A DNA stretch of 64,000 nt from Alphaproteobacteria bacterium (lineage in GTDB: Bacteria > Pseudomonadota > Alphaproteobacteria > MPNO01 > UBA830). The stretch is taken from positions 544,001 to 608,000 of the forward strand of contig OZ219791.1 of assembly GCA_964291215.2 (NCBI GenBank), given 5' to 3'. Of this stretch, positions 53,799 to 63,845 are shown piece by piece; the stretch's first letter is position 1; the number at the start of each line of letters is the position of its first letter. The notes beneath the pieces are model-generated. The model worked only from the letters and a program-made list of their open reading frames with translations, searched no databases and was not told where the DNA came from. Made by a program: the position numbers and the translations under genes.

Positions 53799-55178
53799 AT
53801 GAACCCTGCAGGGAGAATTGCCGTGACCTACGACGGACCACCTGTCGACCTGTCGGCGAGGATCGACGACCGTGCCGATACGGATGGCGAGTTCCGGGTG
53901 CACCGTTCCGTGTTCGAGGATCCGGCGCTGTTCGAGGCCGAGATGGAGTTCTGCTTCGAGCGCGTGTGGAATTTCCTGTGCCACGAGAGCCAGGTGCCGG
54001 AACCCGGCGATTACCGGGCCGCCCATATCGGCACGCAACCGGTTTTCGTGCACCGCCAGGAAGACGGATCGCTCAAGGCCTTTATCAATGCCTGCTCGCA
54101 CCGGGGTGCTCTGCTCACGCCCTTGCAGGAGGGCAACGCGGCCACTCTGACATGCCGTTTTCATGGCTGGAGCTACCGCTGCGACGGCAGCTGCATCGGG
54201 ATCAAGAACGAGGAAGGCGGGTACGGCCCCGGCTTTGACCGCTCGCGCTACAACCTGACCGAACTGCCCCGGCTGGCGTCCTACAGGGGTTTCGTCTTTG
54301 GCGCGCTCACCGCCGACGTCCCGCCGCTCGACCAACATCTTGGAGACGCCCGTTTCTTCATCGACCTGTTCGCCGACCAGTCGCCCGACGGCCTCGAGAT
54401 CGTCCCGGGCTCGCAGACCTACGTCTGCGACCACGACTGGAAGTTGCAGGCCGACAACGTTACCGACGGCTACCACGTCTCGACCGTGCATCGGAACTTC
54501 ATGAACACCATTCTTGTCCGTGAGGATCGGGAGCAAACCTCGGGCCTCCTGAAAACCGAGGTCGGGCGGATCAAGGGCGGCGTCCGGAACGGGCAGTACT
54601 ACCTGGGCAACGGCCACATGTGCATCTGGGCCGAGCGGACGAGCCCCGAAGGCGCACCGCTGGCTCCGGCGACGGAGCGCATCGATAGCGAGTTCGGGCC
54701 CGTCAAGGCGGAATGGATGCTGCGGCGGGGACGCAATATCCTGATCTTCCCCAATCTTGTCCTCAACGACCTCGCCTCGACTCACCTGCGCACCCACCGG
54801 CCGCTGGGCCCGGGACGGTGCGAGATCACGATCTGGTGCATCGCGCCAAGAAACGAGCCCCGCGAAGCGCGTTTCGCGCGCCTCCGAAAGTTCGAGGACT
54901 TCTTTCTCGTATCCGGCCTGTCGACGTCAGACGACATCGTCTCCCTCGACACCGCGCAGAAGGGCCTGCGCGGCCCGGATTCCGGCTGGAACGTCTATGA
55001 CCGCGGTCTCGGCGCCATGGTCGCGGGACCCGACGAGACGGCCGGTGAAGCCGGGCTGTCTCCTGTCTCGAGCGGCGAAAGCTGGGACCACGAAGCCTGC
55101 TATGTCGGCTGGTACCGCTACTGGCGCGATCTCCTCGAGAACGGCGCGCGCGCGGATGTGTCGATGGCGGCCGAGTAA
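53799..55178 (+). CDS. Rieske ring-hydroxylating oxygenase alpha subunit (BenA/AntA-like)
   Basis: CSHRG..CRFHGW Rieske motif, DGYHVSTVH mononuclear Fe site, FPN, FEDFF..SDD. Confidence 0.9.
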   Translation: MNPAGRIAVTYDGPPVDLSARIDDRADTDGEFRVHRSVFEDPALFEAEMEFCFERVWNFLCHESQVPEPGDYRAAHIGTQPVFVHRQEDGSLKAFINACSHRGALLTPLQEGNAATLTCRFHGWSYRCDGSCIGIKNEEGGYGPGFDRSRYNLTELPRLASYRGFVFGALTADVPPLDQHLGDARFFIDLFADQSPDGLEIVPGSQTYVCDHDWKLQADNVTDGYHVSTVHRNFMNTILVREDREQTSGLLKTEVGRIKGGVRNGQYYLGNGHMCIWAERTSPEGAPLAPATERIDSEFGPVKAEWMLRRGRNILIFPNLVLNDLASTHLRTHRPLGPGRCEITIWCIAPRNEPREARFARLRKFEDFFLVSGLSTSDDIVSLDTAQKGLRGPDSGWNVYDRGLGAMVAGPDETAGEAGLSPVSSGESWDHEACYVGWYRYWRDLLENGARADVSMAAE

Positions 55179-55274
55179 CGATCTCCGGGAATGACGGGGC
55201 CGGGACAGTTTCGCGAAGTCGCGAACGCAGCGCAGGGCGGCCTGACCCGCCTTGGCCGGGCGCCGCAGTCCGGT

Positions 55275-56117
55275 TCAGCCCGTACAGCCGGTCTCGCGTA
55301 GCGGCGCCAGGCGTTCGAGAAACCGCTCCAGCGCAGCATTGAACCGGGGCGGATCCTCCATGCAGCCATAGTGACCTGCGCCTTCGATCATCTCGATCGA
55401 GTTCCCCGGGAGCGCAGCCCGCGCTGCCGTTCCGACCTCCGGCGGCGATACCGGGTCATCGCTGCCGGCAACGACCAGCGTGGGCGCAACGACCGCCAGC
55501 GCCAGTTCCGCAATGTCCGACCGCGCCATCATCTCGACCGCCTGGCAGTAACCGCGCTGCGGAATCAGCTTCATCACACCGATCACGAGATCGGCAACCG
55601 CGTCCGAGGCGTCCGGCCCGAGCATGCGCCGGCCGCGCTCCTCTGCGAGAGCTTCGGCGCCGCCGGAAAGATACGCGTCGAGCCTGGCCTTGCGCTGTCG
55701 CTCGCGTTCCGCGGGCGGAAGTCCTGCAAGTCCGGGAAGTCCCTGGCAAAACGTGTAGGAAAGCGTACGTCCGGGATGTCTTCCGGCAAACGCCGCTCCG
55801 ATCAGTGCGGCGACGGACTGCCCGACGACATGCGCCCTGTCCACGTCCAGGCCGTCGAGGACCCCGGCCAGCACATCCGCGTAATCGAACGCGGACGGAG
55901 TCCGCCGGGCGAGATCTTGCGAGAATCCGTAACCGGGCATGTCCCAGGCAATAACGCGATACCTCGTCTGCAGCGCGCGAAACTGGAAGGCCCAGCTTTC
56001 CGAGGCCCCTCCGAGGCCGTGGAGCAGCACCAGGGCCGGCCCGACATCGCCCGAATCCCGGACCGCAACGCCGACGCCGTTTCCGCGAACGGTCCGCGGT
56101 TCCGGCAAGGGCGTCAC
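55275..56117 (-). CDS. Alpha/beta hydrolase (enol-lactonase-like)
   Basis: LLHGLGG, WDMPGYG, GQSVA nucleophile elbow, GSDD, GAGH. Confidence 0.85.
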   Translation of the reverse strand: MTPLPEPRTVRGNGVGVAVRDSGDVGPALVLLHGLGGASESWAFQFRALQTRYRVIAWDMPGYGFSQDLARRTPSAFDYADVLAGVLDGLDVDRAHVVGQSVAALIGAAFAGRHPGRTLSYTFCQGLPGLAGLPPAERERQRKARLDAYLSGGAEALAEERGRRMLGPDASDAVADLVIGVMKLIPQRGYCQAVEMMARSDIAELALAVVAPTLVVAGSDDPVSPPEVGTAARAALPGNSIEMIEGAGHYGCMEDPPRFNAALERFLERLAPLRETGCTG

Positions 56118-56212
56118 GGCGCGTCCCCCGCCCGTACAGGACGGAACATCTTGATCCTTCCCGCGATTGCGCTACGGTTGACTACCCCGCACGGGACAAG
56201 GGAGCAGGCACC

Positions 56213-56794
56213 ATGTCGGCTGTCAGGATAAGGAAAGTCGTCACCGTCATCAGCGAGATCCGAACCGAGGCTAACCAACCCGTCGACCCCGCAACGCGGC
56301 AATGCGCCGCGATCGCCGTCATCGCCAATCCCTATGCCGGGCGCTATTCGGCGGACCTTTCCGAACTCGAGGCCGCGGGCGCCGAGCTCGGAGATCTTCT
56401 CGGCCGCCGCGCGATGGCGGCGCTCGGCGTCGGACCCGAGGACATAGAGAGCTTCGGCAAGGCTGCAATCATCGGCGAGAACGGAGAGCGGGAACATGGC
56501 GCTGCTGTCATGCATCCTACTCTTGGCAAGCCCTTGCGCGCCGTTGTCGGACCGGCTCCCTCGGTCATCCCGTCGACCAAGAAGATCGGCGGGCCAGGCA
56601 CCACGATCGACTGCCCGTTGCATCACAAGGAGGAACTTTGGACCTTCTCGCATTTCGACGCGATGGAGGTCTCGCTGCCTGACGCGCCGGGAGCCGATGA
56701 AATCGTGGTCATTGTCGCACTCGCCGATTCCGGCCGGCCGCTTCATCGCGTCGGAGAAGGCCCCGACGCCCCTGAAGTCATGCCAGACGACTGA
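56213..56794 (+). CDS. Amino acid synthesis family protein (DUF1185)
   Basis: AVIANPYAGRY, FGKAAIIGENGEREH, SHFD, DAP..DEIVV, GRPLHR. Confidence 0.85.
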   Translation: MSAVRIRKVVTVISEIRTEANQPVDPATRQCAAIAVIANPYAGRYSADLSELEAAGAELGDLLGRRAMAALGVGPEDIESFGKAAIIGENGEREHGAAVMHPTLGKPLRAVVGPAPSVIPSTKKIGGPGTTIDCPLHHKEELWTFSHFDAMEVSLPDAPGADEIVVIVALADSGRPLHRVGEGPDAPEVMPDD

Positions 56795-57159
56795 TCCCCG
56801 CCGTCACGGATCTCGACGATCCGGCCGGGAGAGACGTGAACGCCGTAGGTAATCAGCGGCGCATCGCCCGTCACCCGGAAACCGTGGGCTTGGCCGGCAC
56901 GAAAAACCAGCGTGATGCCGGGCGTGAGATCGATGGGACCAGGACGGTCCTCGGCCCAGGCCTCGCCGGTTCCCGACAGCACTGTCAGCACTTCCATGTA
57001 GGGATGAGCATGCTCGGGCGTCGCGTAACCCGGCGGCGAGGTCTGGATGCCGCAGCGCACGGGCGTCGAGCCCTCGTCGTCGCCGACCAGGGTCTGATAT
57101 GTCGCGCCTCCCGGAAAGATGTCCTTCCGGCAGGCGTCGTGGCGAACTATTTCCGTCAT
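56743..57159 (-). CDS. Cupin domain protein
   Basis: PPGYATPEHAHPYMEVLTVLSG..AGQAHGF cupin metal motifs. Confidence 0.8.
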   Translation of the reverse strand: MTEIVRHDACRKDIFPGGATYQTLVGDDEGSTPVRCGIQTSPPGYATPEHAHPYMEVLTVLSGTGEAWAEDRPGPIDLTPGITLVFRAGQAHGFRVTGDAPLITYGVHVSPGRIVEIRDGGDQSSGMTSGASGPSPTR

Positions 57160-57250
57160 GTCCCGTTCCCCCACATCAAGGCCGCACGCCCGGCCTCCGT
57201 CAGGATTTCTGGCCAGCCATTGGGCGCGACGGCAACGGCGGCCGCCCGTC

Positions 57251-59128
57251 TCATGCCTCCGCGGCGGACGTGAAGCGCAGGATGGCATGGACAATCGCAC
57301 AGCCCGCAGCAGCCACGACAAGGGTCAGCGGAGAATCGGGGCCGAGCCATATGGTCGATGACCCGACGACCAGGCAGGCGGCGTACATGGCGGCGCCGAA
57401 TAGCCAGCCGAATCTGCCGCCGCGCGCGAACACGGTTACCGAATGCGCCAGCAGGAGGCCCGCCCCCCCGGCGCTGACGACGGCGTAGACCACCTGGACC
57501 AGGCTACCCTCGAGAAGCAGGGCCGGGTTGAAGACCCACAGGTATGGCAGCAGATACGCTGTCGCAGCGAGCTGGACACCGATCAGGCCGGTCTTCCACA
57601 TGTCCCCGCCGGCCATTTCGGCAGCCACCATGGAAGCGATCGCGACCGGCGGCGTGAGCATGCTGATCAGCCCGAAATAGAACAGGAAGAGGTGCGCGCC
57701 GATCGGGACCAGCCCCATGTTGACGAGCGCCGGGCCGATGACCGAGACAAGGACGATATAGACCGTGGCCGTCGGCATCCCCATACCAAGCACGATGCAT
57801 ATCAGCGAGGTCAGGAACAGCATGACGAGTATGCCGTTGCTCTTTCCGATCGCGGTCAGGATGAGGCTGAGCTGGAATGCGAGACCGGTCGAGTTCAGGA
57901 CGCCAAGAATGATGCCGGCAGCGCCGGCGATCAGCAGCAGCGGCACCAGTATCTCGCCGCTGCCGAAGATGAAATTGCGCCAGTGCTCCAATGTCGGCGG
58001 CCGGCGATCACGCACGATCATCAGAACGACCAGGCTCGCGCCGGAATAGAGCGCCGAAAGGCCCGGGTTGTAGCCAAGCCAGAACAGGAAATAGAGAAGG
58101 ATGACGATGGGCAGGATGAAGACCCAGCCGCTTCGAAGAACGGTCCGGACCACCGGCAGCTCCTCGCGCGGCAAACCCATGATCCGGAACCGCCTGGCAA
58201 CCGCGTCGACCTGAAGAAAGAGCACGAAGAAATAGATGGCCGCGGGAGCCGCGGCGGCAATGACAACATCCTGGTACGGGATCTCGAGGAATTCGGCGAT
58301 GATGAACGCGGTTGCACCCATGACCGGCGGCGCGATCTGGCCGCCGTTCGAGGCGACTGCCTCGATCGCGCCCGCATATTCGTTTCGGAAACCGGTGCGT
58401 TTCATCAGCGGGATGGTGACGATGCCCGTCGACATGATGTTCGCCACCGTCGATCCCGAAATCGTCCCGAAGGCGCTCGAGGCAATGACGGCGACCTTCG
58501 CCGGCCCGCCGCGGCGATGCCCCATGAAGCCCATCGCCAGATCGTTGAGAAAAGCGGTGCCGCCGCTTACTTCCATGAGCTTGCCGAAGATGATGAAGGC
58601 AAGCACCAGATTGACCACGACCTGAAGAACCAGGCCGGGCACGCCGTTGTTGTCGGCGTAGTAGTAGGTCAGGGTCTTGGTCGGCGGGAAAACTTCGGCT
58701 TCGAAAACGCCCGGCAGGTGATTACCGAAAAAGGCGTAGAGGATCAGGACCCAGACCAGCCCGGCGATGATCTTTCCCGCCGCCTTGCGCAGCCCCTCCA
58801 TGAGAAGGAACAGCGCGATCGCGCCGGGGACCCACTTATCGGGCGTGCGTTCGTGCGCAGTGACGATCCAGTCCTCGAAATTGTAGGACATCCAGAACCA
58901 TACGAGGAAACCGGCGACAGCAAGCACGGCCTCGAAAATGCCCGGCCTGGAGAAATAGGGATATCTGAGGAGGGCGGCGGCGCAGGCAAGCCCCAAAATG
59001 ACCCCGAGAATCTGCTGGAACGTCAGCGCGACCCCGAAATAGTCGGTGACGGCCAGGATCCAGCCTATGCCGACGATCGGAATGGCGCCGAGGCAGGCGC
59101 GCAGGAGAGCCCTGTTGAAAGTCTCCAT
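57251..59128 (-). CDS. TRAP transporter fused 4TM/12TM permease (TAXI-type)
   Basis: GGPAKVAV, GTISGS, EAVASNGGQIAPPVMGA, LGMGMPT, TPPVA. Confidence 0.93.
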   Translation of the reverse strand: METFNRALLRACLGAIPIVGIGWILAVTDYFGVALTFQQILGVILGLACAAALLRYPYFSRPGIFEAVLAVAGFLVWFWMSYNFEDWIVTAHERTPDKWVPGAIALFLLMEGLRKAAGKIIAGLVWVLILYAFFGNHLPGVFEAEVFPPTKTLTYYYADNNGVPGLVLQVVVNLVLAFIIFGKLMEVSGGTAFLNDLAMGFMGHRRGGPAKVAVIASSAFGTISGSTVANIMSTGIVTIPLMKRTGFRNEYAGAIEAVASNGGQIAPPVMGATAFIIAEFLEIPYQDVVIAAAAPAAIYFFVLFLQVDAVARRFRIMGLPREELPVVRTVLRSGWVFILPIVILLYFLFWLGYNPGLSALYSGASLVVLMIVRDRRPPTLEHWRNFIFGSGEILVPLLLIAGAAGIILGVLNSTGLAFQLSLILTAIGKSNGILVMLFLTSLICIVLGMGMPTATVYIVLVSVIGPALVNMGLVPIGAHLFLFYFGLISMLTPPVAIASMVAAEMAGGDMWKTGLIGVQLAATAYLLPYLWVFNPALLLEGSLVQVVYAVVSAGGAGLLLAHSVTVFARGGRFGWLFGAAMYAACLVVGSSTIWLGPDSPLTLVVAAAGCAIVHAILRFTSAAEA

Positions 59129-59168
59129 CGGGCCGTCTCCTGCGCGCGCGCTCGACTGGCGCGATACT

Positions 59169-60182
59169 CTACTTCAACAGCATCGCGTCGTTCTTGGCGT
59201 TCGCATCCGTGTAGATGCCGACCTCCTTGTAGTACTTGGCAGCACCAGGATGGAAGGGGATCGGATTGCTCGACGGAGATAACCCGTTCTGCTTGGTGCC
59301 CCGGAGCGGCGGATAATCCTTCTGCATCTGCTTCCAGTTCTCGTAGATCGCCTTCGCCATCTTGTAGGCATCCTCATCGCCGACCTTGCTTCCGGCATTG
59401 AGGTAGGAATCGAACGCGGCGATCTTGGTTTCGCCCCGTACGAACGCCTTGGTCTTGCTCGGCTTCTCGACATGCGAATAGAGCCCGGCCATGCCCTTGC
59501 CGAGGAACTCGTCAGTCCCCTTGGGCCCCACGGGGAGCAGCCGCAAACCGCCGGGGACCGTGGCATGCGCCTTGCGCAGCGCCGGCATCCCCGTCGCGAC
59601 AGGCGCAGCGTCAACTCGCCCCTGAACGACCATGCCGATGCTCGCGACGACCCCTCCCGAATCAACCGCCGTTATATCGTCAGTCGTGAGACCGGCGGTC
59701 GCAAGGATGGTGCGATTGGTCTGGGCCAGCGACACGTTGGTCTTGTACTTGACGACGACGCGCTTGCCCTTGAGGTCGGTCAGCGACTTGATGCCAGAGC
59801 TTTCCTTGACCATATAGGCGTAGGGAAGGATCCACACCCGCGCGAGCGCCCGCACGTTTTTCGTCGCCTGCTTGTAGGGTTGGCGACCGTTCCACGCAAG
59901 ACCGCCGTCAAGCGAGGAGTTCATGCCGAGCGTGATCTCGCCCGCGTTCTGAAGCGGAAGGTAGACGGACGAACCGGCATGGGGCTGGGCCGTGGCGCGG
60001 ATGCCGATCTTCTCCTGGAAGAGCTTGGCAAACCCGCTTCCGAGCAGGAAATAGGTCGAGCCCTGCGGATTGGTTCCGATGGTGATGCGTTTCAACTGTG
60101 CGTCGGCAGCCGACGGCAGGCAGGCCGAGAGCAGTGCCGCGCACAGCGCCGGCGCGAGGTATCGTGACACGCGAATCGTCAT
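59169..60182 (-). CDS. TAXI family TRAP solute-binding protein
   Basis: Signal peptide, IGTNPQGSTY, DLKGKRV, IPFHPGAAKYYKE. Confidence 0.92.
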   Translation of the reverse strand: MTIRVSRYLAPALCAALLSACLPSAADAQLKRITIGTNPQGSTYFLLGSGFAKLFQEKIGIRATAQPHAGSSVYLPLQNAGEITLGMNSSLDGGLAWNGRQPYKQATKNVRALARVWILPYAYMVKESSGIKSLTDLKGKRVVVKYKTNVSLAQTNRTILATAGLTTDDITAVDSGGVVASIGMVVQGRVDAAPVATGMPALRKAHATVPGGLRLLPVGPKGTDEFLGKGMAGLYSHVEKPSKTKAFVRGETKIAAFDSYLNAGSKVGDEDAYKMAKAIYENWKQMQKDYPPLRGTKQNGLSPSSNPIPFHPGAAKYYKEVGIYTDANAKNDAMLLK

Positions 60183-60353
60183 GGGTTTCCTCCTCGGTTC
60201 CCTTGTCTCGACGAGCGCGTCCCGGCGAGGGGCGCGTCGCCCGCGGCCATAGTATAGAAAATATCGCCGGGATCAGAAACCGGCGCGCGCAGGGAAGCGC
60301 CGTTGTCGCGGCGGGGGTTCCCATGCGGGCGACGCCACGCTAAAAGGGAACGC

Positions 60354-61001
60354 ATGAGCGCAACCATGCCCGTCGGCGACGTGGACCGGTTCTTTCAGCT
60401 CCTGTCGTCCCTCAACCCCACGCCGAGAGGCGAGCTCGACTATGTCAACGAGTTCACCCTGCTTGTCGCGGTCGTCCTCTCCGCGCAAGCCACCGACACC
60501 GGCGTCAACAGGGCAACCAGCCCGCTGTTCGCAATCGCCGACACGCCTGAGAAAATGGTGGAGCTCGGCGAGGAGGCGCTGCGCGGCCATATCCGCACGA
60601 TCGGCCTCTACCGCAACAAGGCGAAGAATGTCATTGCCCTTTCCGAGACGCTGCTGTCGGATTTCGGTGGCAAGGTCCCCGACAACCGGAACGATCTGAT
60701 GAAGCTTCCCGGGGTCGGCCGCAAGACGGCCAACGTCGTGCTCAACATCGCCTTCGGACAGCCGACGATGGCCGTCGACACACATATATTCCGTATTGGC
60801 AACCGCACCGGCATGGCCCCCGGAAAGACGCCGGAAGATGTCGAAAAGAAACTCGTCCGGCGCATTCCGGGGAAGTGGCTGCAGCATGCCCATCACTGGC
60901 TGATCCTTCACGGACGTTATGTCTGCAAGGCGCGCAAACCGGATTGCCCGGACTGCGCCGTGCGCGACCTTTGCCGCTTCGGCGAGAAGACTGTAGCCTG
61001 A
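60354..61001 (+). CDS. nth: Endonuclease III
   Basis: LSAQATD, LPGVGRKTANVV (HhH), VDTH, C-x6-C-x2-C-x5-C Fe-S motif. Confidence 0.97.
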   Translation: MSATMPVGDVDRFFQLLSSLNPTPRGELDYVNEFTLLVAVVLSAQATDTGVNRATSPLFAIADTPEKMVELGEEALRGHIRTIGLYRNKAKNVIALSETLLSDFGGKVPDNRNDLMKLPGVGRKTANVVLNIAFGQPTMAVDTHIFRIGNRTGMAPGKTPEDVEKKLVRRIPGKWLQHAHHWLILHGRYVCKARKPDCPDCAVRDLCRFGEKTVA

Positions 61002-61097
61002 CGGCCGATTTCCGATCACGATATCCGCACCGGCACCACCGACTCTGCTGGAAGGCGAATCCGGCGCGGACGGTCATGAAACCGCAGGGAGCATGTC

Positions 61098-61589
61098 ATG
61101 AACGATCAGCCGGGCGCCAGCACGGGCAACGGCGCCGATACCGGGGAGCAGGCGGAAAGCCCGCAGCTTGTCGTGGGGCCGCAATATATCTGCGACCTCT
61201 CCTTCGAGAACCCGCTCGGGCTCGAGGGCATGATCAACCTGCAGGAGGGGCCGGAAATCGGCTTCGACGTCAACACCGCGGCGCGGGCCGTGAGTGAGGA
61301 TACCTACGAGATCACGCTTTCCATTCGCGCCGAGGCGCGGGTGGAGGACAAGACCGCATTCATCGTCGAACTGACATATGCCGGCGCTTTCCAGCTTGCC
61401 GGCGTGGCGCCGGAAGATGCCCGTCCGGTGATGCTCATCGAGGGGCCGCGCCATCTGTTTCCGTTCGCGCGGGCGATCATTGCCGATGTAGTGCGCGACG
61501 GCGGGTTTCCGCCGCTCCTCATCAATCCGATAGACTTTGCCTCCATGTATGCCAGCCAGATCGGCAACGAAGATCCAGACGAAACCTGA
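61098..61589 (+). CDS. secB: Protein-export chaperone SecB
   Basis: QYICDLSFENP, LFPFARAII, GGFPPLLINPIDF. Confidence 0.96.
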   Translation: MNDQPGASTGNGADTGEQAESPQLVVGPQYICDLSFENPLGLEGMINLQEGPEIGFDVNTAARAVSEDTYEITLSIRAEARVEDKTAFIVELTYAGAFQLAGVAPEDARPVMLIEGPRHLFPFARAIIADVVRDGGFPPLLINPIDFASMYASQIGNEDPDET

Positions 61590-61604
61590 CGGCGCGACGG
61601 CGGA

Positions 61605-62342
61605 TCAGGTTTCGGAACGCACGGCGTCGCCTCCGGTGGCAGTGTTGTGAAGCCACAGCGGATCCTTCAACTGCGCGACGAAGGCCTCGTGCGCAGCGAT
61701 CTCGGCAGCTGTCGGAGCGTGCTGCCTGGGCGGGCGAAACGGCGCCGCGTTCTTTTCCCGGGCTGGTCGCAGCCCGTCATCCTGCGCCCGCGCGGCCGGC
61801 CGCGCGGCGGGTCCGAGCCCGAGATCCGGCTGTCTGCCGCCGCGAAACTCCAGATAGACTTCCGCCAGAAGCTCCGCATCGAGGAGCGCTCCGTGCCTGA
61901 CGCGGGCCGAATTGTCGACACCGAAACGCCGGCACAGCGCGTCAAGGGAATTCGGCATTCCCGGAAACTTCTTGCGCGCCATCGCGAGAGTGTCGATGGA
62001 TCGCTGCATGGGAATGGCTGGAAACCCGGTTTTTCTCAGCTCCTCGTTGATAAATCCCATGTCGAACGGCGCATTGTGAATGACCAGCTTCGCGTCGCCG
62101 AGAAACTCCATCAGTTCGGACGCGATGTCCTCGAACCCCGGATGTCCGGCGAGAAAGTCAGCGCTCAGCCCGTGTATGCGATAGGCGGCTTCGGGCACAT
62201 CGCGCCGCGGATTGACGTAGCGGTGGAGATCGCGGCCAGTCGGAACATGATGCGTCAGCTCGATGCAGGCGATCTCGACAATGCGGTCGCCCTCGAGAGG
62301 ATTCAGCCCGGTGGTTTCCGTGTCAACGACGATCTCGCGCAT
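61605..62342 (-). CDS. dnaQ: DNA polymerase III epsilon subunit
   Basis: MREIVVDTETTG, HNAPFD, HGALLDAELL. Confidence 0.97.
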   Translation of the reverse strand: MREIVVDTETTGLNPLEGDRIVEIACIELTHHVPTGRDLHRYVNPRRDVPEAAYRIHGLSADFLAGHPGFEDIASELMEFLGDAKLVIHNAPFDMGFINEELRKTGFPAIPMQRSIDTLAMARKKFPGMPNSLDALCRRFGVDNSARVRHGALLDAELLAEVYLEFRGGRQPDLGLGPAARPAARAQDDGLRPAREKNAAPFRPPRQHAPTAAEIAAHEAFVAQLKDPLWLHNTATGGDAVRSET

Positions 62343-62991
62343 CGCTGCTCCGTTTCCGGATCCTGCGTTCGACATATGGAACGGGCGGCCAGCAACTGCT
62401 TCCGCAATCCCGCATCGCACGCATGACTTTTCCGAGTTCGCGCCATGTTCTGCGCTTGCCGGCTCCGCTCGGCACCACGAAATCGGCGCGCCGCCTCTTT
62501 TCGCTGTCCGGCATCTGGTTGGCTAGAATACCATCGAACTTCTCGCGGGTCATGCCCGGACGGGACAACACCCGCTGGGCCTGGACGAACCGGGGCGCCG
62601 AGACAACGATCGTCGCGTCGCAGCGGCTATTCAGCCCGAGCTCGAACAGCAACGGTATGTCGAGCAGGGCCAGCGTTGCCCGCCGCCTCGCGCAGGCCCT
62701 CAGGAATTCGTCCTGGACGCGGCGCACCAGCGGATGGATTATCCGCTCCAGCCGCGCCAGCGCGTCGTCGTCGCCGAAAACCCGGTCGCCGAGCCGGCGG
62801 CGATCGACGGCACCGTTGACCACGACCTCGGGAAAGGCGGATTGGATCGCAGTAATCGCCGCGCCGCCGCGGCTTATGATCACGTGCACCGCCGCATCGG
62901 AATCGTAGACCGGTATGTTCATGCACCGCACCATTGCCGCCGCCGTGGACTTTCCCATCCCGATCGAACCCGTGAGGCCAAGAATGATCAC
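62323..62991 (-). CDS. coaE: Dephospho-CoA kinase
   Basis: GLTGSIGMGKST, IIHPLV, DIPLLFE; GTG overlaps aroE stop. Confidence 0.96.
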   Translation of the reverse strand: MIILGLTGSIGMGKSTAAAMVRCMNIPVYDSDAAVHVIISRGGAAITAIQSAFPEVVVNGAVDRRRLGDRVFGDDDALARLERIIHPLVRRVQDEFLRACARRRATLALLDIPLLFELGLNSRCDATIVVSAPRFVQAQRVLSRPGMTREKFDGILANQMPDSEKRRRADFVVPSGAGKRRTWRELGKVMRAMRDCGSSCWPPVPYVERRIRKRSSDARDRR

Positions 62992-63845
62992 GACGGTTCC
63001 GACTCGAGACCGGCTGCGAGAAGATCCCTCAAGGCCCGGTCCGGCAGGGGATCGCGTCCAAACCACGCGTCAAAGCCCGGCCTCGCCTGATGCAACAGCA
63101 TGCCCAGCCCGTCCACCGTCCGGTTTCCGCGGCTTTCGGCATTACGCAGCAGGTCGGTCCTGAACGGCGTGTACACGATATCACAGACGACAGCCGCCGT
63201 GGGAAGCGCGTCGAGGCGAACTTCGAGATCGTCCTTTCCCGCCATTCCGAGTGACGTGGCATTGACCAGCAGTGCGCTGCCGGCAAGAGCATCTTCCCTT
63301 TCCGTCCACCGCACTGCCCGCATCGGAGGACCAAACTCCCTGGCCAACGCCTCCGCCCGGGCAGATGTCCGGTTGGCGATGCGGATATCGGGAACACCAG
63401 CGTCCTGGAGTCCGACGGCGAGGGCGCGGGCGGCGCCTCCGGCACCGAGGATCACAGCCGGCCCGGCATCGCCGCGCCAGTCGGGACAGCCTTCTTTCAG
63501 GGCTTCCAGAAAGCCGAACGCATCCGTGTTCTGGCCATAGAGTAAACCATCCTCACGCACAGTCACCGTATTCACCGCCTTCATCCGCGCCGCCACGCTG
63601 TTGGCCTCGTCTACTGCATCGAATGCAGCTTCCTTGTGCGGAAGGGTCACGTTGGTTCCCCGAATGCCGAGCGAGGGCAGGGCGCGAAGCGCCTCGCATA
63701 TACGTTCAGGCCGGACCGCAAACGGAATGTAGACGCCATCGATGTCGAACTTGCGAAGCCAGTAATTGTGAATCGCCGGCGACCGAGAATGGCCGACCGG
63801 CCATCCCATGACTCCCGCAACTGCTGCCGCGCCGGTAAAGTTCAT
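62988..63845 (-). CDS. aroE: Shikimate dehydrogenase
   Basis: [36 protein letters not shown]. Confidence 0.97.
   Translation of the reverse strand: MNFTGAAAVAGVMGWPVGHSRSPAIHNYWLRKFDIDGVYIPFAVRPERICEALRALPSLGIRGTNVTLPHKEAAFDAVDEANSVAARMKAVNTVTVREDGLLYGQNTDAFGFLEALKEGCPDWRGDAGPAVILGAGGAARALAVGLQDAGVPDIRIANRTSARAEALAREFGPPMRAVRWTEREDALAGSALLVNATSLGMAGKDDLEVRLDALPTAAVVCDIVYTPFRTDLLRNAESRGNRTVDGLGMLLHQARPGFDAWFGRDPLPDRALRDLLAAGLESEPS

Noticed and set aside
61605-62342. Defective dnaQ as the cause of the deletion signature
   Set aside because: The Exo I, II and III motifs are intact and the frame is open.
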